IMG/VR virus record: IMGVR_UViG_3300024283_000011
Location: 5,564-69,563 of that record
Direction: 5' to 3' (one strand)
Length of the DNA stretch: 64,000 nt
Source of the DNA: a virus
Taxonomy: Duplodnaviria > Caudoviricetes
The translations under genes and the position numbers were made by a program. This document shows positions 32,671 through 40,550 of the stretch, one piece after another. Under the pieces are notes generated by a model. It made no database searches and was not told the DNA's origin. It saw only the letters and a program-made list of their open reading frames with translations. The first letter of the stretch is position 1. Every line of letters starts with the position of its first letter.

Positions 32671-33609
32671 TCAGGTTTCTCCGGTGGTGGCGGTTTTGGC
32701 GGCGGCGGATTGAGCGAGAAGGGCCTCGGAGGCTTCGCGCGCGGCGCGGGCCTTCTTGCGGGCGTCGGGGTCGTGGGCCGGCATTGGCGAGAGGAGGCGG
32801 GAGGTGTCGCGGGGCGGGGACGGCACCTCGATCGGGATCCGCAGACCGTTCCAGCGCTGGACGAAGAACGCGAAGCACCAGCGCGTCTCCTTGATGTCCT
32901 TGCCGTCCATGGCCAGGTATTCGGCGAACATCTGCGGCGCGCGCGCCTGCGCTTCGATTCGCTCTTGGTCGGGGACCAACTCCAGCGCGGCGGCCAAGTT
33001 CGCCTTACCCTTCGAGTCACCGTTGTGGCCGTAGGTGAGTTTTCCGAAGCGCTTGCACCAGGCGGAGCCGAACGCCTGATGCCAGTCGCTCGGTGTCCAG
33101 AGGGCTCCGGCCGGCACCGATTCCAATCGCCCACGCGATCCGATGGTGGTGGATCTGGGATCTGACTCTGAAGGTGATGGTGATGGTGAAGAGGTTTTCT
33201 GTGGGTTATGCCCTGGGTTAACCGTCGGGTTAACCGGCTGGTTAACCGGCTGGTTATTGTCCGGTTTACCGTCCGGTTTCGATTGGGTTGTTGGGCGCCC
33301 GCCGCGGAGGCCGTTTTCGCGGGCCTGTTCGCGCTTCGCCGCGGCGTTCGAAAGCTCCTCGGCGAGGCGCCCCTGGGTCACCCGTCCGTCCGATACCTCG
33401 AAGAACCGGGACAGCGTCTCCCATACGCCCGGCCATCGGTCGGCCGGCACGCGCGCCACCGCGCCCAGCTTGCGCTCTGGCAGGCTGCCGCCAGACGTCC
33501 ACATCGACATGAGGATCAGGAAGTAGGCGCCGTGTTCCTCGGTCGTCAGGTCGGTGGTGTCGCGCAGGTAGTCGCCGATGAAGATCGGCATGTAGATGTC
33601 GACCTTCAC
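32671..33609 (-). CDS. Replication initiator (DUF1376/YdaU-like N-terminus)
   Basis: YMPIFIGDYLRDT..LT.EEHGAYFLIL; upstream of dnaB; contains internal iterons. Confidence 0.8.
   Translation of the reverse strand: MKVDIYMPIFIGDYLRDTTDLTTEEHGAYFLILMSMWTSGGSLPERKLGAVARVPADRWPGVWETLSRFFEVSDGRVTQGRLAEELSNAAAKREQARENGLRGGRPTTQSKPDGKPDNNQPVNQPVNPTVNPGHNPQKTSSPSPSPSESDPRSTTIGSRGRLESVPAGALWTPSDWHQAFGSAWCKRFGKLTYGHNGDSKGKANLAAALELVPDQERIEAQARAPQMFAEYLAMDGKDIKETRWCFAFFVQRWNGLRIPIEVPSPPRDTSRLLSPMPAHDPDARKKARAAREASEALLAQSAAAKTATTGET
33203..33286. repeat. Seven 12-bp iteron-like repeats, probable replication origin
   Basis: GGGTTATGCCCT / GGGTTAACCGTC / GGGTTAACCGGC / TGGTTAACCGGC / TGGTTATTGTCC / GGTTTACCGTCC / GGTTTCGATTGG inside the initiator gene, as in lambda O. 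Confidence 0.75.
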
Positions 33610-34781
33610 GCGCGCTGTTCCTGGGCCCGCGCGGTCAGCGTCCGCCATGCGAGTGCCGCGCACTGCGGGACGACGGCATTACCGAGGCATCGCAGACGGT
33701 CCACCCGTCGGGGAATCCCATCATCGCCTCGACGAATCGCGGGTTGAGGACCATCCCATTCTTGTCCTGGTCCGGGCGGGAAGCGATGGCCATCATCGAC
33801 AGGCCCGGATCGCCGTTGCTGCCGATCCTGCGGTGCGGGCCGCCGTGCCTGCCTTCGCTCGCGGTCGGTGTCGGCCAGGCCGACACCTTCGCTTGCCCGC
33901 TCAGGCTCAACCGTTCGCGGCCCTTCTGGCCACCGTCCCGGGTGTAATCCCCCTGCGTCGCTCGCGGCGTCTGCCACATCGCCGCCGCGTCGTCCAGATT
34001 CCTCCTCCCCATCTCGAAGCGCCGCTGTCCCGTCTCCGCAGAGGGAAAGCCCCGACGTGGATCGCCCAGCTTCGCCGATGGCGTCGGCCAAAGAACCGCC
34101 TCGTTGAGATTGCTCACCCCCGGCGGCCCGCCACCCTTCCGCTTCGGCGCCCGCGCCCGCATGGCCGCGATCTGATCCGGCGTCTTCGGCGTCGCGCCGT
34201 CGTGAGCCGTCGGCGTCGGAAACAGCTTCACCGCCGCCGCCAGGTGCGGCCGAATCGCCGCCCCAGGACTCGGCGAGCGATTGAAGCCATTCGAGACCGA
34301 CGCGTCCGGCGTAGGCCAGAATGAAGACTCGCTCTCGTCGGTGGGGAGCGCCGACATCGGAAGCGCGAAACATGCCCCACTCCGCATCGAACCCGCACGC
34401 GGCCAGGTCCCCAAGCACGACATCGATTCCCCGCGCAACGAGAGCTGCGACGTTTTCCACGAACACAACGCGCGGTCGTAGATCGCGAACGATGCGAGCA
34501 AACTCCGACCAGAGCCCGGAGCGGGCGCCGCCGATGCCGATGCGCTTTCCCGCGTTGCTGATGTCCTGGCATGGGAAGCCGCCGCAGATGATGTCAGGGG
34601 GGGGGCTTTGAGCATCGATCTCCCTCACGTCTGCGAAGCGATGGACAGCCGGCCAGTGCGTAGCCAGGACAGCGCGCGCGTACGGATCGGATTCGGCCTG
34701 CCAGATGACGGGGCCGAGGCCGCACATTTCGAGGCCACGTTCGAGACCGCCGATACCGGAGAAGAGAGAGCCGATCGTCAT
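33606..34781 (-). CDS. C5 cytosine DNA methyltransferase, catalytic chain
   Basis: Motif I SLFSGIGG, IV GGFPCQ, VI ENV, VIII PHRRERVF, X LGNAVVP. Confidence 0.92.
   Translation of the reverse strand: MTIGSLFSGIGGLERGLEMCGLGPVIWQAESDPYARAVLATHWPAVHRFADVREIDAQSPPPDIICGGFPCQDISNAGKRIGIGGARSGLWSEFARIVRDLRPRVVFVENVAALVARGIDVVLGDLAACGFDAEWGMFRASDVGAPHRRERVFILAYAGRVGLEWLQSLAESWGGDSAAPGGGGEAVSDADGSRRRDAEDAGSDRGHAGAGAEAEGWRAAGGEQSQRGGSLADAIGEAGRSTSGLSLCGDGTAALRDGEEESGRRGGDVADAASDAGGLHPGRWPEGPRTVEPERASEGVGLADTDRERRQARRPAPQDRQQRRSGPVDDGHRFPPGPGQEWDGPQPAIRRGDDGIPRRVDRLRCLGNAVVPQCAALAWRTLTARAQEQRA
33635..34423 (-). CDS. Nested alternative-frame ORF (WPTP repeats, motif IX-like): probable second MTase subunit
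   Basis: Five [WF][PQ]TP repeats and LNPRFVEAMMGFPDGWT; start uncertain (34423 or 34387). Confidence 0.7.
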   Translation of the reverse strand: MSCLGTWPRAGSMRSGACFALPMSALPTDESESSFWPTPDASVSNGFNRSPSPGAAIRPHLAAAVKLFPTPTAHDGATPKTPDQIAAMRARAPKRKGGGPPGVSNLNEAVLWPTPSAKLGDPRRGFPSAETGQRRFEMGRRNLDDAAAMWQTPRATQGDYTRDGGQKGRERLSLSGQAKVSAWPTPTASEGRHGGPHRRIGSNGDPGLSMMAIASRPDQDKNGMVLNPRFVEAMMGFPDGWTVCDASVMPSSRSARHSHGGR

Positions 34782-35086
34782 TCGTCCCCCCTTGCCTTTC
34801 TCCCGCCCGGCCCCATCGTCTCACCCGGGCTGGTGCGGGCTGCGGCGTTGCCGAGGACGATCGAACGGAGTTCGGCGCCGAGGCGGTAGAAGGGATCGTC
34901 GGCGATCTTCTCGTCGCTGGTGCTAACGCCGAACCACCCAAAGACGAATGCGGCACGCGAAGGGCCACGAACGATCTCGTCGGTGGTCAGTGTGAAATCG
35001 ATCTCGCCAGCGATGGCGGCATCGACCCAGCGTCCCGCATTGATCTCTCGGTGGATTTTCGAAGAGAGCAGCGCAGCGCGACTCAT
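34778..35086 (-). CDS. Hypothetical protein
   Basis: 102 aa coupled ORF. Confidence 0.5.
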   Translation of the reverse strand: MSRAALLSSKIHREINAGRWVDAAIAGEIDFTLTTDEIVRGPSRAAFVFGWFGVSTSDEKIADDPFYRLGAELRSIVLGNAAARTSPGETMGPGGRKARGDE

Positions 35087-35277
35087 CGCAAATCCTCAAT
35101 CAGCCGCTCGACCGCCGCCGCGCCCTCGGGGGTGATCAGGCCGAGGAGGCGCTGGCGATCAAGCCACTCGCGAATGACGGCCTCGGGCGCGTCCTCACAG
35201 ACGTGTTCATTGTCGGCGTGTTTTCCGTCGCTGGTCCACGCCTCCAGCGGGTGTTCTTTCGTGCCGACCAATTTCAC
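35083..35277 (-). CDS. Hypothetical protein
   Basis: 64 aa from GTG 35277. Confidence 0.45.
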   Translation of the reverse strand: MKLVGTKEHPLEAWTSDGKHADNEHVCEDAPEAVIREWLDRQRLLGLITPEGAAAVERLIEDLR

Positions 35278-35768
35278 GCCGCCCTCGCTTCCCCGAGCAC
35301 ACGCGCGCGCAACTCGGGCTCTGTCGCCAGCCGCGCCTCGAACTTCCTTATCCCCGCCAGCACCGTCGTGTGATCGCGCCCGCCCAACGCCATGCCGATC
35401 GTCGGCAGGCTCGCCTTCGTCTTGGCGCGCGCGAACCACATCGCCTCATAGCGCACCGACGAGACGACCTTGACCCGCGCGCCGCCGGCCAAGTCCTTAG
35501 CCGTCAGTCCGTGGCGCTGGGCCACCTCCTCGATGAACGGAAGCAGAAGCTGCGCCTGCCGGTATCGGCTCAACTTGTCCTGCTTCAGTGGGCGCGGCAG
35601 CGGGTCGCGGTCGGCGTCGGCGAGTAGCTGCTGCTGGCCGGTGCCCGTGTCGCCGCGGCGAGCGTCGTCGATGGCGAAGACCACACGTAGCGCGCCGGCG
35701 ATGTCGCGGCCCTGCTGATAGACCGAGGAGAAGATGTTGGCCATGGCGTCCAGGTCGCGCGCCCTCAC
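35274..35768 (-). CDS. Protein with DnaA domain IV-like HTH
   Basis: R.EAMW.AR......SLPTIG.ALGGRDHTTVLAGIRK. Confidence 0.8.
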   Translation of the reverse strand: MRARDLDAMANIFSSVYQQGRDIAGALRVVFAIDDARRGDTGTGQQQLLADADRDPLPRPLKQDKLSRYRQAQLLLPFIEEVAQRHGLTAKDLAGGARVKVVSSVRYEAMWFARAKTKASLPTIGMALGGRDHTTVLAGIRKFEARLATEPELRARVLGEARAA

Positions 35769-35980
35769 GACCAGTCCGCCCCTGCGCCATTGGGCGGCAG
35801 CGTCTCGTCGGCCAGCGTGAGCACGACCCGATCCCCCGCCTTGAACCCGGCGGCGGCGAGGGCCCGGCGGAAGGCGCCGGCGTCGCGCAGGTTCGCGGGG
35901 TCGACGCGGATCGAGAGGAGGTCGTCGCCCTGGGTCGAGGCGATGATGGTGAGGAGGAGGCGGGGATCGCGGGGGCTCAT
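35765..35980 (-). CDS. Hypothetical protein
   Basis: 71 aa from ATG 35980. Confidence 0.5.
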   Translation of the reverse strand: MSPRDPRLLLTIIASTQGDDLLSIRVDPANLRDAGAFRRALAAAGFKAGDRVVLTLADETLPPNGAGADWS

Positions 35981-36144
35981 GGCGTGGCTCCCGCAATGCC
36001 GAAGGCGTTCGCGATCAACCCCGCCCAGGTCTGCTTGATCTCGTCCTGGATCTCCTCGTCGGTCGCGGCCCATTCGTCGCCGAGGCCTTGGCGGCCGTAG
36101 AGGTCGCGAACGATTGCCTCGACGGCGCGTTCGGCGGCCGTCAC
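35977..36144 (-). CDS. Hypothetical protein
   Basis: 55 aa from GTG 36144. Confidence 0.5.
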   Translation of the reverse strand: MTAAERAVEAIVRDLYGRQGLGDEWAATDEEIQDEIKQTWAGLIANAFGIAGATP

Positions 36145-36293
36145 GCCGCACCCCCGATCAGCCGCGCGACCTGCTTGGCCGGCAGCGCGAACGCGCGGGC
36201 CAGCAGCGGGATCCGGACGCGCGCCGGGAGGGCGGGGGCGCAGGCGCGGAGGGCGCGCAGGGCCAGGGGGGTGAGGCGGCGGGGGCGGGTCAT
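36141..36293 (-). CDS. Small basic hypothetical protein
   Basis: 50 aa, coupled at both ends. Confidence 0.4.
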   Translation of the reverse strand: MTRPRRLTPLALRALRACAPALPARVRIPLLARAFALPAKQVARLIGGAA

Positions 36294-36526
36294 GGCGCCC
36301 TCCTGCCAAACAGGCCCGTCACGAACTGCGCAAGCGTCGCGCCGGCGACGAACATCGCGGCGCCGCCGAGAATCCCGATGGCGATTGCCGGGATCGCCCA
36401 CAGCGGCGCGGTCACCCACCACCAGGACCACGCGATCTGATGGGTCAGCTTCAGCGCCAGGAACAGCAGGAAGAGCAGCGAACCGAAGCCGACGCCGGTC
36501 GCGTTGGGGTGATCAGTGGCGCTCAT
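36290..36526 (-). CDS. Small membrane protein
   Basis: LLFLLFLALKLT..IAWSWWWVTAPLW, a motif common in phage membrane proteins. Confidence 0.7.
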   Translation of the reverse strand: MSATDHPNATGVGFGSLLFLLFLALKLTHQIAWSWWWVTAPLWAIPAIAIGILGGAAMFVAGATLAQFVTGLFGRRAP

Positions 36527-37149
36527 GGGCGCGCTCCGGCGAGATGAGCCCAGCGCTTTCCGGTGGCGATGTAACTCGCCATGCGACTGCTGATCCGGTA
36601 CCGGCGCGCGATCCGCGCGAAGACGCCCCGCCCGCCCATGGCCGCTTCGACCCGGATGGCGAGGGCGTCGACCTCGGTCAGCTTCGCCGCTCCCGAGCGC
36701 TCGCCGCGCGCGTGCCGATCCTTCGACCGGCAGTCGGCGTTGTTGTCCGCCGTGGAACCGGGGAACAGGTGCTCACCGTTGCAGCAGGGAGGGTTGTCGC
36801 AGGAGTGCAGCGACTTCTCGACCGCCGCCAGCGGCCGGCGGAGCTTGATCTCCAGCGCCTGGCGGTGGGCGCGGCGCTCGCCCTGACCGATGAAGAACCG
36901 GCCGTAGCCGTCCTCATCGCAAAGGCCCAGCCATGGCCAGCAGGCGTTCGGGCCGCCGGAGCGATCGACGAGCGACCAGAACCTGGCGATCTGGGTTTCT
37001 GGAAAGGTGTTCTTGGGTGGTTTCTGGAAGGTCTCAGACCCCCGCGACCCTACGTCTGACCGGTCTTTACTGGCTGAACAGTGTTCCTGGTTTGCCAAAG
37101 GAAACCTCACTATTTCCGGAAAACCCTCCAGCAAGCGTAGGCAGCCCAA
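36523..37149 (-). CDS. HNH endonuclease with C-terminal HTH (start uncertain)
   Basis: RFWSLVD...CWPW...GYGRF...AHR...LHSCDNPPCCN..HL..G...DN...AKLT. Confidence 0.85.
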   Translation of the reverse strand: MGCLRLLEGFPEIVRFPLANQEHCSASKDRSDVGSRGSETFQKPPKNTFPETQIARFWSLVDRSGGPNACWPWLGLCDEDGYGRFFIGQGERRAHRQALEIKLRRPLAAVEKSLHSCDNPPCCNGEHLFPGSTADNNADCRSKDRHARGERSGAAKLTEVDALAIRVEAAMGGRGVFARIARRYRISSRMASYIATGKRWAHLAGARP

Positions 37150-37290
37150 AAACGATCAGATCGGCATAGTCCCCACCATGCGTTGCCGAGAGCTTCTGGG
37201 CTGGCTGCGATCGCGGAGGTGAACATGGCGGGGAGGCCCACACAATTACACGGGCCGAAAAACTGCGTCAATACCCTAGTTGCAAAATAA

Positions 37291-38439
37291 TCACTTTCCC
37301 CCATTGCGCATCGCCAGATCATCGCTAGCGAAATGTGCGCGCTGTGGGTCCCGCCGCGGACCCGCTGCGATCGCCTGATCGTTCTTCGCCTTCATGATCT
37401 CGAGGTCGGTCTCGTCGATGTGCATGTACCGGCTCGCCTGCCGAAGCGTGATGTGACCGGCGGCGCGCATGACCACGGGGATCGGGTTGCCGTTCTGAAT
37501 GCTACGCGTTATGTATGAATGCCTTGCGTCATGATAGTGAACGTTCCCGTCACCGTCGGCCGCGGAGACCTTCGCCTCGACGCACGCGTCTCGAAATAGA
37601 TACCACATGTGCGAGTCGCTGAAAGGCTGTCCCGTGTTTGGGTTCGCAAAAACGTAGGGCGACAGCGCGCGCGGAAGTTCCTTCAGGGCATCGAGGGCAC
37701 GCTGGCTCAGGCGCACTGAGCGGCTGCGCTTCGTTTTGGCCACGGTCCAGGAGATGCGGATTCGCCCGCCCTTCTCGATGCGATCCCACCGCAGCGTCCG
37801 CACCTCGGTCTTTCGCATACCCGAGTCGATGCCGATCAGGACGAATGCGCGCAGCAGTGGGCCCGACTTCGACAGCAGCGCTTCGAGATCCTGATCGCCG
37901 ATGACGGTCTCGCGGGACGGCCGCGCCCGCTCCTTCTTCACGCGCGCCAGCGGGTTCGCCGGCAGCAGTTCCTGGTCGACAGCCCAGTTCAGCATCACCT
38001 TGAAGCAGACCAACTCCAGGTTGCGCGTGCCGACCGATGGCGTGTTCCCTGATGGCGTCTTCTGCTTCTTCCGGATGTTGTCTCGGTAGTGGGTCCAGTC
38101 GGCGCGCTTCAAGTTGGCGGCCTCCATCTCGCCGAAGTGCGCGAGCGGCGCCTTCATCGTGCTGCGGCGGTCCTTGGCCCAGGTCTGGTCTTCGATCGTC
38201 GGGAAGTACCGCTCCCAGATGGCGTTGCAGGTGATTCCGGGTGGCACGCCAGGGAGGCCCAGTTGGACCGGAGGCGCCGCCGCCGCCTTCCCCTCCGCGA
38301 CCCGCGTGATTACCTCCATCAGCGCGGCGATCTGCCGGTCCTTCTCGGCGATCCGCTCGTCGCGCGCCCGAAGCTCCGCGCGCAGCTCGCCTAGCTCTTG
38401 ACGAAGCGCCTCGACGGCATGTTGTACAGGATCCGCCAT
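37291..38439 (-). CDS. int: Tyrosine integrase, intact catalytic set
   Basis: DSGMRKTE, HDARH, AAGH and RYMH; unusual coiled-coil N-terminus. Confidence 0.9.
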   Translation of the reverse strand: MADPVQHAVEALRQELGELRAELRARDERIAEKDRQIAALMEVITRVAEGKAAAAPPVQLGLPGVPPGITCNAIWERYFPTIEDQTWAKDRRSTMKAPLAHFGEMEAANLKRADWTHYRDNIRKKQKTPSGNTPSVGTRNLELVCFKVMLNWAVDQELLPANPLARVKKERARPSRETVIGDQDLEALLSKSGPLLRAFVLIGIDSGMRKTEVRTLRWDRIEKGGRIRISWTVAKTKRSRSVRLSQRALDALKELPRALSPYVFANPNTGQPFSDSHMWYLFRDACVEAKVSAADGDGNVHYHDARHSYITRSIQNGNPIPVVMRAAGHITLRQASRYMHIDETDLEIMKAKNDQAIAAGPRRDPQRAHFASDDLAMRNGGK

Positions 38440-38546
38440 TCGAAGGGGCCGAGCACTGTAAGGGTTTCCCCCGGGGTGGCGTCAGAAACCTGACGCTCTG
38501 AACGATTTAGAGCTTTGAAACGCGGCCGATCGGTTTTGAAACCGGG
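38440..38546. promoter_or_regulatory. AT-richer intergenic region with inverted and direct repeats (int promoter, candidate attP)
   Basis: GCGTCAG-AAAC-CTGACGC at 38479-38496; TTTGAAAC at 38514 and 38535. Confidence 0.4.
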
Positions 38547-38777
38547 TCACTCACTCGGCTTTCGTCGGCGCCTGTCCACTTTTCTGGACGGTCGCGCCTG
38601 CGCGGTGGCCAGCGCCTTGGACGCCGTCTCGATCGCGGCGTCGGCCTTCGCCTCGGCCGTCTTCGCCGCCGGGATCACCTCGTCGTCGATGACCCGCTGG
38701 AGGCTGCGCTGCTGGTCCTCGACGCGGTCGAGGCGTTCGTTGAATCGCTTCAGTTGGGCGGGGATACCGTCGGCCAT
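38547..38777 (-). CDS. Small coiled-coil protein
   Basis: 76 aa; own promoter TTGATC-N18-TAATGT, 7 nt before the ATG. Confidence 0.6.
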   Translation of the reverse strand: MADGIPAQLKRFNERLDRVEDQQRSLQRVIDDEVIPAAKTAEAKADAAIETASKALATAQARPSRKVDRRRRKPSE

Positions 38778-38829
38778 GGGCCCAACATTAGCGCCGATGT
38801 CGGGCCCAGATCAACCGGGCAGCGCGGCG

Positions 38830-39168
38830 TTATGGCTGGTCGCGCCATGCGCGGACGGGAACCCCGAAGCCGGCGAGGCGGCGCCGCCATGCGGCCGGCG
38901 CGGGGCGGAAGTGCGGGCCCGCCTTCCAAGCCTTCTTCATCTGGTCGGGGGTGGTGCCGCAGAGGTCGGCGGCCACGGCCACGGTCAGCGAGCGGAGGAT
39001 GGCGGCGTGCGCCGGGTCAGGCCGCGCGCCCAGCTTGGCCCGCGCGATAGCCAGCGCCCGCCGGTCGATGCCGGCCCGGGCCTCCAGCCGTTCGGCCTCC
39101 GCCAGCGCCTTCTCGGCGCGCGCCCGGGCCCGCAGGGCGGCTCGGACGAGGGCAGGCGATACCGGCAC
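38830..39168 (-). CDS. Hypothetical Ala/Arg-rich protein
   Basis: 112 aa from GTG; TACGGT -10 6 nt upstream. Confidence 0.5.
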   Translation of the reverse strand: MPVSPALVRAALRARARAEKALAEAERLEARAGIDRRALAIARAKLGARPDPAHAAILRSLTVAVAADLCGTTPDQMKKAWKAGPHFRPAPAAWRRRLAGFGVPVRAWRDQP

Positions 39169-39208
39169 GGGTCGACCGTACGTCCGCCCGGCGGGTGCCG
39201 CAATTTTT

Positions 39209-40507
39209 CTACCCGGTGATTTCGGCGCCGAGGGGCGAGTGAAACCGCTCGGGCGCGTCCTCCATGCCGATCCGCTCGGCGATGGCGGTCGCCCTCCTGG
39301 TCGCCGCGAACTCGATCTGCCTGACCCGCTCCCGCGTGACCTGCGTGATGTCGCCGACGGCTTCGAGCGTGTGCGGGCCGTCGTCGGCGATGTCCAGGGA
39401 GCAGCTGTGCGGGATCTGGTCGGGCTCGAGATCGGGGTGGTTCAGGCGGATGCCGCCGCTCTCCGTGACGTCGAGATAGAGGTGATGTCTGCAGCTGATC
39501 CAGGGACAAGGCCGCGGGCCATCGATGCAGTCGCCGCGGATGCGCGGGCGCGGCGGCAGCGGGCCGATGTCGTCGCCATCATCATTGGCCGCCAGGACGC
39601 GCAGGTGACGCCGCTGGACGCCCTGCGCGACCACGCCGAGGGTCCGATAGGCGCGGTAGGACCGGCGGCGCGGCGCCGCGGGGAAAGATTCAGGCAATTC
39701 CTGTGTCGCCTTTACATCACCGTCCGGCGGCACCTCCCCTGGCACCTCGCCCGTTAGGTCGCCCTCGCCACCGTGAAACCGAAGCCGCGCGATCGCCTCC
39801 TGCTCGATCTGGCAGGCGCGGCTCTCGGAGACGCCCAGTGCGTCGCCCACCTGCCGCAGGTTCAGCTGGCGCGGCCCGTAGCGCAGCGTCAGCACCAGCG
39901 CCATGCGCTCGGGCAGTCCTTGGACGGCGGCGGTGAGGTTCTCGCGCAGCTCGGCGCGGGCGGCCTCCTCGAAGGGGTCGGGCGCGGCGACGTCGGGCAC
40001 GCGGGCGGCGGCCACCGGCGCGTCGTCGATGCCCATCACCACGGCGCCGCTGGTCTTCAGCTGCTGGGCGTGCAGCTCGTCGAGGCCGATGCCCAGCTTG
40101 GCGGCCACCTGGTCGGCGGCGGCATGGCCGGTCTCGCCTTCGACGTCGGCGGCGGCCTTGCGCATCTTCTTCTGCAGTTCCCGCCCGCCGCGCGAGAGCG
40201 TGTCCTTCTCCCGCAGGTCGTCCAGGATGGCGCCGCGGATGCGCGGCTCGGCGAACGCGGCGAAGCTGCCGCCCTTGCGCAAGTCGAACCGCGAGCCGGC
40301 TTCGGTGAGGCCGAGGTGGCCGGCCGAGATCAGATCGTCGAACGGCACGCCGGCGGGCAGGCGCTTGGCCATACGGCGAGCGACACGTTCCACCAGGAAC
40401 AGCCAGTCTTCCACGTCGACCGCGAGTGCCGGCGCGGCGGGGCGCGCCTTGCAGGTCTCGCGACGGTGGCCGGGCTGACGACAGAGACCGCAGCGTCGAC
40501 CGGCCAT
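39209..40507 (-). CDS. FliA/WhiG-like sigma factor fused to a zinc knuckle and a second Cys/region-4 module
   Basis: Region 2 DDLISAGHLGL.EA..RFD..KG.SF..FA..RIRGAILDDLR; region 4 LPER...LRQVGDALGVSESRACQI; then DCIDGPRPCPWISCRHHLYLDV...TLEAVGDITQVTRERVRQIE. Confidence 0.85.
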   Translation of the reverse strand: MAGRRCGLCRQPGHRRETCKARPAAPALAVDVEDWLFLVERVARRMAKRLPAGVPFDDLISAGHLGLTEAGSRFDLRKGGSFAAFAEPRIRGAILDDLREKDTLSRGGRELQKKMRKAAADVEGETGHAAADQVAAKLGIGLDELHAQQLKTSGAVVMGIDDAPVAAARVPDVAAPDPFEEAARAELRENLTAAVQGLPERMALVLTLRYGPRQLNLRQVGDALGVSESRACQIEQEAIARLRFHGGEGDLTGEVPGEVPPDGDVKATQELPESFPAAPRRRSYRAYRTLGVVAQGVQRRHLRVLAANDDGDDIGPLPPRPRIRGDCIDGPRPCPWISCRHHLYLDVTESGGIRLNHPDLEPDQIPHSCSLDIADDGPHTLEAVGDITQVTRERVRQIEFAATRRATAIAERIGMEDAPERFHSPLGAEITG

Positions 40508-40513
40508 GCTCCG

Positions 40514-40550
40514 ACCGTACGCGCGCGGGCGGGCGGCTCAAGGATCTAGA
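40514..40550 (-). promoter_or_regulatory. Repeated promoter motif, copy 3: TCTAGA-TCC-TTGAGC-N16-TACGGT, 6 nt before the sigma ATG
   Basis: Read directly; follows the TGA of the DHH gene. Confidence 0.65.

Noticed and set aside
37151-37178. ...TAGTCCCCACCA as a tRNA/tmRNA 3' end marking the att core
   Set aside because: Counting back from CCA gives no T-stem pairing and no TTCRA loop; could be chance.
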